From Harriotta raleighana (Eukaryota), in assembly GCA_050575255.1 (NCBI GenBank), contig JBNZDD010013677.1, forward strand, positions 1,578,770 through 1,642,769: DNA of 64,000 nucleotides. Direction: 5' to 3'. The notes beneath the pieces were generated by a model. It saw only the letters and a list, made by a program, of their open reading frames with translations. It searched no databases and was not told the DNA's origin. Below, piece by piece: positions 62,831 through 64,000 of this stretch; position 1 is the stretch's first letter; each line of letters opens with the position of its first letter. A program made the position numbers and the translations under genes.

Positions 62831-63759
62831 TGATATGACTAGAACATTTGGTCTCATAGGACTAGAAAATGTCTATCTGAAATATGTTCAGCTTTCACTC
62901 ACCAATCATACATTACCTTATAACCAGTTCCTTGGTGTCACACCTCTCACATCAGCAAGGGGTCTCAAAGCGCTTCACAGAGATTACAGTCAGTTCACTT
63001 TACAGTATATTCTGTGAAGGATTATTATGGTAAAGTACCTGTTGAGATTCTGAAAACAGAAATGCTGGAAACGTACCGTCAGTCGGTCAGAATCTGATGA
63101 TATATTCCAGAAGTGAATTTTGAGGCAGAGCCAAACTTAAAATGATATCCTCTGCTTCTCAATCATAGGTAGCGCTCTGTTTACGTGCTCTGAGACAGTA
63201 CCCAACATAAAGAGCACTATGTAAATGCAATTGTTCTTGTTGTTCATATTTTCAGCATTGAGACATTGTCTTCTTAACCTTGTTATTTTATCTAAGTGAG
63301 TTCTCCTTGGAGCTGAAATATAAGATGACCTGCCTGGCCACAGAATGTTGGACTCCAGCTAACCTTCTGTGGCAGTCTTGGTAGTCCAGTTCCTCAGTCT
63401 GGAAGATCCATAATATCAGTGGCAAGATATGGGGTTTGAGCTAGTTAGAATCCAGCAGTTACCCCAACCACTTTCTGGGAGCATCAAGCCCTGACTCTTG
63501 CCAAACTGCGCCTAATACTTTCCTGAATTAGGTAAACATGATGCGTTCCTGCAGGGAAAGAAAGTTTGTTCCATTCTGACAATTTATCTCTGGGATTTCC
63601 ATATATAGGTTGGATGCATGGATTTCTCAGTTTGATTTGGAAACTCTTAAGCATGGTGATCGATTTTCACATGTATCAAACACCCGGCTGACCTAAGCAA
63701 ATTATTATTTGACCCATTCTTGGGCATACACTGGTGACTGTTCATTATCTCTGCTGCAG

Positions 63760-63855
63760 GGAATCCTGGGTTCAGGGTTTGCTCTGAAGGTTCAAGAACA
63801 ACATCGACAAAAGCACTTTGAGAAAAGAAGGACACCAGCTGCCAACCTCATTCAG
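63760..63855 (+). CDS. KCNQ4: KCNQ4 coding exon 7 (S6 gate, start of helix A)
   Basis: ctgcAG acceptor; 96 nt; [32 protein letters not shown]; CAG|gtaatt donor. The gene continues past the window end. Confidence 0.97.
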
Positions 63856-64000
63856 GTAATTGGATATCGCATGTGAATGCCTAGGCTTTGAGAAAGGAAT
63901 TGAAGGAAGCCATGGGGAACATTGGGGAAAAATAAAGGTACAGATAGGTGACCCTGTATGTCTAGGGTTACACCAGAGCAAAGGACACTGAGGTGCTTTG

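Overview
Vertebrate genomic DNA, most likely from a cartilaginous fish (inferred from the Deu-type SINE, CR1 and L2 repeat content, possibly a chimaera such as elephant shark). The window lies inside a + strand KCNQ4 (Kv7.4) potassium-channel gene. Positions 1-49165 are most simply read as the 3' part of a >49 kb intron 1; exon 1 is not visible. Six GT-AG coding exons follow (exons 2-7; 91, 127, 176, 126, 111 and 96 nt), splicing to one open frame from S1 through S6 into helix A. The rest is intronic and rich in repeats: a tRNA-headed SINE in long and short forms, older SacSINE1/AmnSINE1-like DeuSINEs, 5'-truncated CR1 and L2 LINEs, and two copies of a Tigger/pogo-like MITE, often nested. Three single-N junctions carry duplicated flanks (probable assembly artefacts), and there is one 528-N gap. 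I found no new multi-gene system. The best leads are a modular SINE series, an R-to-Q change in the conserved FARKP motif, two short palindromes, and an unclassified dispersed repeat next to the exon 7 acceptor. Exon and MITE boundaries are exact; other repeat boundaries are approximate, and family names come from recalled consensus sequences, not a database search.
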